Source: Thermoplasmatota archaeon (lineage in GTDB: Archaea > Thermoplasmatota > Thermoplasmata > UBA10834). Taken from it: a stretch of DNA of 64,000 bases. The notes below the pieces were generated by a model. The model ran no database searches. It had not been told where the DNA came from and saw nothing but the letters and a program-made list of their open reading frames with translations. How positions within the stretch are numbered: position 1 is the first letter of the stretch; every line of letters begins with the position of its first letter. The stretch is taken from positions 224,001 through 288,000 of the forward strand of contig JBFMHR010000003.1 of NCBI GenBank assembly GCA_040751795.1, read 5' to 3'. This document shows positions 59,538 to 64,000 of this stretch, one piece after another. The translations under genes were made by a program, and so were the position numbers.

Positions 59538-62500
59538 GCGCCCACCTCCTCGTCCTTCCCCTCGGGCGCGAGGAGCGCCTCGAGCATGGTCATGATCTGG
59601 TCGGTCTTGAAGTGCTTCGGCCTTATCGCCCTGGAGCAGCACGCGACCGCGCAGGAGCCGCAGCCCTTGCACAGAGCCTCGTTGATCTTCGACTTGAACA
59701 CCCCTGGCGAGACCTCCTCGACCCTGGGCGCCCCGTACTCGCACAGCTCCTCGCACCTGCCGCATGCGATGCACTTCTCGGGGTCTACCTCCGAGACGAC
59801 GCCCTCCGCCTCGATGAACGGCTTGGACAGGACCGTGTTGACCCTGGCGGCCGCCGCAAGGGCCTGGGATATGCTCTCGTCTATGAGCCTCGGGGAGTGC
59901 GCCAGGCCGCAGAGGAATATGCCGTCGGTGGCGAAGTCGACCGGCCTCAGCTTCATGTGCGCCTCGAGGAAGAAGCCCTCCCTCGTCAGCGGGACCTTGA
60001 GCATCTGGGCCAGGTCCTTGTTGTCAGGGTTGGGCCTGACGGCCGCGTTGAGGACCAGGTAGTCGGGCCTGATGGTCACGGTCTGCTCTATGAACTGCTC
60101 GTCCACCTCGACGGTGAGGTGGCCCCCGTGCTCGCTCACCCTCGGGGGCGACGAGGGGTCGTACCTCAGGAACACCACGCCGAGCCTCGCGGCCTCGTTG
60201 TAGTTCTCCTCCCTGAAGCCGAAGGTCCTGATGTCCCTGTAGAGGACGTACACGGCCGTCCCCGGGTGGTCCTGCTTGATCTTCATCGCGTTGGCCATGG
60301 CCGTGGAGCAGCAGATCCTGGAGCAGTTGGGGTGCTCCTCGTCCCTCGAGCCGACGCACTGGATTATGACCACGCTCTTCGCCTTGAAGTCCTTGCCCGA
60401 GACCATCTCCCCGAGGTCGGTCTGCCTGATGACCTTCGGGTCCTTCCCGAAAAGGTACTGCTCGGGCTCGTGCTCGACGGCCCCCGTCGCCACGACTATG
60501 GCGCCGTGCTGGACCTTCTCCCCGCTCCCGAGGGTGGTCTCGAAGTTGCCGATGTAGCCCTTGACCTCGGCCACGGTGTCCTCCAGGTGGACCTTGATCC
60601 TCGGGTCCCCCATGACCTCCTTCTCCAGCTTCCTGAAGGTCTCCTGGGGGTCGACCCCTATGAGGGTGCGGTGTATCCGCCTGAGGTGGCCGCCGAGGTG
60701 CTTGCTCTTCTCCACGACGTGCACGTCGAAGCCGCTCCTGGCGATCTCCAGGGCGGCGGTCATGCCGCTCAGGCCGCCCCCAATGACGAGCGCGGACTGG
60801 GTGACGGGTATCCTGGGCTGCGGGAGCGCCTCGAGCGTGGCCGCCTTGGCGACGGCCATGCGGACCAGGTCCTTGGCCTTCTCCGTCGCGCGCTCCGGCT
60901 CCCTCCTGTGCACCCACGAGCACTGGTCCCTGATGTTGGCCATCTCGAACAGGTACTTGTTCAGGCCCGCCTCCTTCACAGTGTTCTGGAAGAGCGGCTC
61001 GTGGGTCCTGGGGGTGCAGCTCGCGACCACGACCCTGTTGAGGTCGTGCTTCTCGATGGTCTCCCTGATCTTCTTCTGGGTGTCCTGCGAGCAGGTGTAG
61101 AGGTTCTGCTCAGCCACGATCACGTGCTGGAGAGTCTTGGCGTACTCCATGACCTCCGGCACGTCCACGACCGAGCCGATGTTGATGCCGCAGTGGCAGA
61201 CGAAGACGCCGATCCTCGGCTCCTTGCCCGCGACCTCCTTCTCCTTGGGGTACTCCTTCTTTGTGACGAGTGTCCCCCTGCTCTCCGAGAGGAGCGCCGC
61301 CGCCTTGCCGGCGGCGCCGCTGGCCTGCGCGATCGAGTCGGGGATGTCCTTGGGCCCGGAGAACGCGCCGCACACGTAGACGCCGGGGACGGATGTCTCA
61401 ACCGGGGACAGCTCGTCCGTCTCGCAGAAGCCGAACTTGTTGAGGTCGACGCCCAGCACCTTGGCGAGCGCGCCCGTCGCCTCCGGCGGCCTCGCGCCCG
61501 CCGAGAGCACCACGAGGTCGAACGCCTCCTCGGCGATGTCGGCCCCCTCGAGGTAGCTGAGGATGACGTTGCCCGTGGCAGGGTCCTCCTGCAGCTTGGA
61601 TATCCTGTTGTTCCTGAGGACGCGGACGCCGTACTCGTTCTCCGCGCGCATCAGGTATTCCTCGAACTCCTTGCCGAAGGCCCGCGTGTCCATGAAGAAG
61701 ATGGCCGTGTCGAGGCCCGGGACGTGCTCCTTGCCGATGACGGCCTGCTTGAGGGCGGCCATGCAGCAGTAGGAGGAGCAGTAGGTGTTCCCCGTCTGCG
61801 CGTCCCTCGAGCCGACGCACTGGACGAAGGCGATCTTCTTCGGGACGTCGCCGTCCGAGGGGCGGATCACATGCCCCTCCGTCGGGCCCGACGCGCTCAG
61901 CATCCTCTCGAACTCGATGTTGGTCAGGACGTTGGCGTACACCCCGTGCCCGTACTCCGCCTTCTTCGACGCCTCGAAGACGTCGTAGCCGGGGCTGAGG
62001 ATGATCGAGCCCACCTCGACGACCTCCTCCTTGTCCGGCTTCTCGGAGTAGCTGATGGCCTTCGCCTCGCAGAATTTCTCGCAGATGCCGCAGCCGATGC
62101 AGAGGCCCCTGTCTATGGTATAGACCAGGGGCACGGCCTGGGGGAAGGGCACGTAGATGGCCTTGGCCGGCGCGAGCTCCCTGTCGAAGGCGTTCAGCCC
62201 CTCGACCGGGCAGTGCTCCGCGCAGACGCCGCAGCCCGTGCACTTCTCCTCGATGATGTACCTGGAGCGCCTGGTGAGGGTGACCTTGAAGTCGCCGGCC
62301 TTCCCGTCGACCTTCTTGAGCTCCGCGTTGGTGAGCATGGTGATGTTCTCGTGCCTGCCCGTGGCTACGAGCTTGGGGGACACGATGCACATGGCGCAGT
62401 CGTTGGTCGGGAAGGTCTTGTCCAGCTGGGCCATGGTGCCGCCTATGCTGAGGCCGGCCTCGAGTATGTACACCTTGAAGCCGGAGTCGGCGAGGTCCAG

Positions 62501-62569
62501 GGCCGCCTGTATGCCGGCGGGGCCGCCGCCCACGACGAGGACGGCGCCGACCTTCTTGTGCTCTGCCAT
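59534..62569 (-). CDS. hdrA: Large tandem HdrA-like flavoprotein (two FAD modules)
   Basis: Same architecture as 50301-53339. Confidence 0.93.
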   Translation of the reverse strand: MAEHKKVGAVLVVGGGPAGIQAALDLADSGFKVYILEAGLSIGGTMAQLDKTFPTNDCAMCIVSPKLVATGRHENITMLTNAELKKVDGKAGDFKVTLTRRSRYIIEEKCTGCGVCAEHCPVEGLNAFDRELAPAKAIYVPFPQAVPLVYTIDRGLCIGCGICEKFCEAKAISYSEKPDKEEVVEVGSIILSPGYDVFEASKKAEYGHGVYANVLTNIEFERMLSASGPTEGHVIRPSDGDVPKKIAFVQCVGSRDAQTGNTYCSSYCCMAALKQAVIGKEHVPGLDTAIFFMDTRAFGKEFEEYLMRAENEYGVRVLRNNRISKLQEDPATGNVILSYLEGADIAEEAFDLVVLSAGARPPEATGALAKVLGVDLNKFGFCETDELSPVETSVPGVYVCGAFSGPKDIPDSIAQASGAAGKAAALLSESRGTLVTKKEYPKEKEVAGKEPRIGVFVCHCGINIGSVVDVPEVMEYAKTLQHVIVAEQNLYTCSQDTQKKIRETIEKHDLNRVVVASCTPRTHEPLFQNTVKEAGLNKYLFEMANIRDQCSWVHRREPERATEKAKDLVRMAVAKAATLEALPQPRIPVTQSALVIGGGLSGMTAALEIARSGFDVHVVEKSKHLGGHLRRIHRTLIGVDPQETFRKLEKEVMGDPRIKVHLEDTVAEVKGYIGNFETTLGSGEKVQHGAIVVATGAVEHEPEQYLFGKDPKVIRQTDLGEMVSGKDFKAKSVVIIQCVGSRDEEHPNCSRICCSTAMANAMKIKQDHPGTAVYVLYRDIRTFGFREENYNEAARLGVVFLRYDPSSPPRVSEHGGHLTVEVDEQFIEQTVTIRPDYLVLNAAVRPNPDNKDLAQMLKVPLTREGFFLEAHMKLRPVDFATDGIFLCGLAHSPRLIDESISQALAAAARVNTVLSKPFIEAEGVVSEVDPEKCIACGRCEELCEYGAPRVEEVSPGVFKSKINEALCKGCGSCAVACCSRAIRPKHFKTDQIMTMLEALLAPEGKDEEVGA

Positions 62570-62570
62570 G

Positions 62571-63029
62571 TCAGACCCCCTCCCCGTAGATCGGGCCGAG
62601 CCTCTGGAGCTCGGCGACCATCTCCTTCACGACGTTCGCGAACTTCTGCCCCTCGGAGCCCGCTATCCACTCGATCCTGAACCTCTGCGCCTCTATCCCC
62701 GCGTCCTCGAGGAACGATGACAGGAAGTCGCCGCGCATGGCGGCCTTCTCGTTGCCGTTGATGTAGTGGCAGTCCGCCGGGTGGCACCCGGCGACTATGA
62801 CGCCGTCCGCCCCGAGCTCGAAGGCCTTGAGCACGAAGGCAGGGTCCACCCTCCCGGAGCACATGACCCTGACTATCCTCACGTTCGGGGGGTACTGTAT
62901 CCTGGTCGTACCGGCGAGGTCGGCCCCCGCGTACGAGCACCAGTTGCAGCAGAAGGCCACGATCCTCGGCTCGTACCCGGCCTGCTCCTCGGCCGCCTCG
63001 TGCTTCTTCGCGTGCGTGGTCACGGTCAC
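62571..63029 (-). CDS. mvhD: MvhD [2Fe-2S] adaptor
   Basis: FCCNWCSYAGAD, GCHPADCHY; GTGA overlap with hdrB. Confidence 0.93.
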   Translation of the reverse strand: MTVTTHAKKHEAAEEQAGYEPRIVAFCCNWCSYAGADLAGTTRIQYPPNVRIVRVMCSGRVDPAFVLKAFELGADGVIVAGCHPADCHYINGNEKAAMRGDFLSSFLEDAGIEAQRFRIEWIAGSEGQKFANVVKEMVAELQRLGPIYGEGV

Positions 63030-63943
63030 GACCCCCTGAGCTTCCGCAGGAGCGAGTGGGCCGACACGTGGTGCGTGTCGAAGCCCAGCGAGATCGGGTC
63101 TATGCCCATGGCGAGCGCCTGGAACTGGGAGACGTGCATCACGGGGATGCCGTCCTTGGAGAAGGCCTTCTGGGCGTTGTCGAACTGGAGGAGGCAGAAC
63201 GGGCAGCCCGTGACGACGCAGTCCGCGCCCACGGCCCCGATCTTCCTGCACTTGTCCTCGGTGAGCGAGTTGGCCAGGTCCACGACGTGCGACCTCACGC
63301 CGCCGCCCGCGCCGCAGCAGTCGAGCTTGTCGTCGTAGTCCACGCTCGTCGCGCCGCACGCCTCGACTATGTTGTCCAGGAGGACGGGGTTGTTGGGGTC
63401 GTCTATGGTCCTGCTCTCGGTCGGCCTGAGGTAGTGGCAGCCGTAGTGGACCGCGACCCTGATGTTCTTCAGCGGCCGCTTCACCTTCGCCTGGATGGCC
63501 TCGATCCCGATGTCCTTGGCCATGAGCTCGATGTAGTGCCGGACGGTGACGGGCTCGAAGACCCTCCTCTTCCCCTCGCTCTTCTTCGGCACGCCGGTGT
63601 ACTTCTTGCCGACCTGCGCCAGGACCCTGTTCACCTTGCCCATGCTCTTCGGGTCCTTGAGGTACTCGGTGGCCTTCATGAGGGACGTCAGGCAGCCGTT
63701 GCAGACCGTCAGGATGTCCCTCCTCTCGTCCTGCGCCAGGACGAGGTTCCTCGCCGCGAGGAGCAGCCAGGTCTCCTTGTCGGTGGAGTAGAATATCCCC
63801 GGGACGGGGCAGCACGAGAACTCGGGTATGTCCTTGACGTCGAGGTCGAAGCCGTCCTTGCCGCAGACCCATCTCACGGCGTACTCGATGCCCGGGTACC
63901 TGTTGGGTATGACGCACCCGAAGAAGTAGGCGTAGGACGTCAC
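63026..63943 (-). CDS. hdrB: Heterodisulfide reductase subunit B
   Basis: FFGC, SCCP, CNGC, HYGCH, CCGAG, CPFC. Confidence 0.93.
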   Translation of the reverse strand: MTSYAYFFGCVIPNRYPGIEYAVRWVCGKDGFDLDVKDIPEFSCCPVPGIFYSTDKETWLLLAARNLVLAQDERRDILTVCNGCLTSLMKATEYLKDPKSMGKVNRVLAQVGKKYTGVPKKSEGKRRVFEPVTVRHYIELMAKDIGIEAIQAKVKRPLKNIRVAVHYGCHYLRPTESRTIDDPNNPVLLDNIVEACGATSVDYDDKLDCCGAGGGVRSHVVDLANSLTEDKCRKIGAVGADCVVTGCPFCLLQFDNAQKAFSKDGIPVMHVSQFQALAMGIDPISLGFDTHHVSAHSLLRKLRGS

Positions 63944-64000
63944 GGGTTCACCTCCGACTCGATGCCGATGAGCTTGTCGTACTTGGAGGCGTGGACGAGG
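63940..64000 (-). CDS. 3' end of upstream gene, probably HdrC (truncated by window)
   Basis: LVHASKYDKLIGIESEVNP* with GTGA overlap to hdrB; identity from position only. Confidence 0.45.
   Translation of the reverse strand, partial: LVHASKYDKLIGIESEVNP

Noticed and set aside
1-64000. Many long antisense/alternate-frame ORFs (e.g. 1267-3072, 13007-15115, 50332-53157, 59612-62680)
   Set aside because: Shadow ORFs of GC3-rich genes; Arg/Gly/Pro-rich or antisense-typical composition with no motifs
46936-64000. Selenocysteine/pyrrolysine recoding in Hdr/Mvh genes
   Set aside because: All metal-ligand positions are Cys and there are no in-frame stops
46386-64000. Evidence that the organism is a methanogen
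   Set aside because: Hdr/Mvh are widespread in non-methanogens; no mcr or methyltransferase genes in the window, so it cannot be decided here

Overview
GC-rich archaeal chromosomal segment, most consistent with a non-acidophilic Thermoplasmata lineage. This is inferred from aTrm56 next to an HD protein, a single-OB SSB, VAT/CDC48, Sec61beta, Elp3, intron-containing tRNAs and clostripains. No integrase, transposase, CRISPR array or rRNA is seen. Contents: housekeeping genes, two CdpB-like PRC-barrel proteins, a NitT/TauT ABC transporter, a two-gene TPR module, a 2-oxoacid:ferredoxin oxidoreductase, class II LysRS, a complete his operon, NikR, three secreted peptidases, tRNA-Glu and tRNA-Ser with introns, NadE/nitrilase, a six-PAS hybrid kinase, and an ~17.6 kb minus-strand Hdr/Mvh hydrogenase cluster running off the window end. 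Best leads: (1) the Hdr/Mvh cluster, with three tandem-type HdrA (one split), four MvhD, an MvhD-HdrD fusion, a winged-helix partner present both fused and free, and an unrecognised Cys-repeat protein; (2) a candidate His-responsive leader (uORF, anti-SD and alternative hairpins) before hisG; (3) a circularly permuted ABC substrate-binding protein; (4) a zinc-ribbon-TPR plus degenerate Mrr-TPR-SAP gene pair. All calls come from motif recognition by eye; no database search was run.
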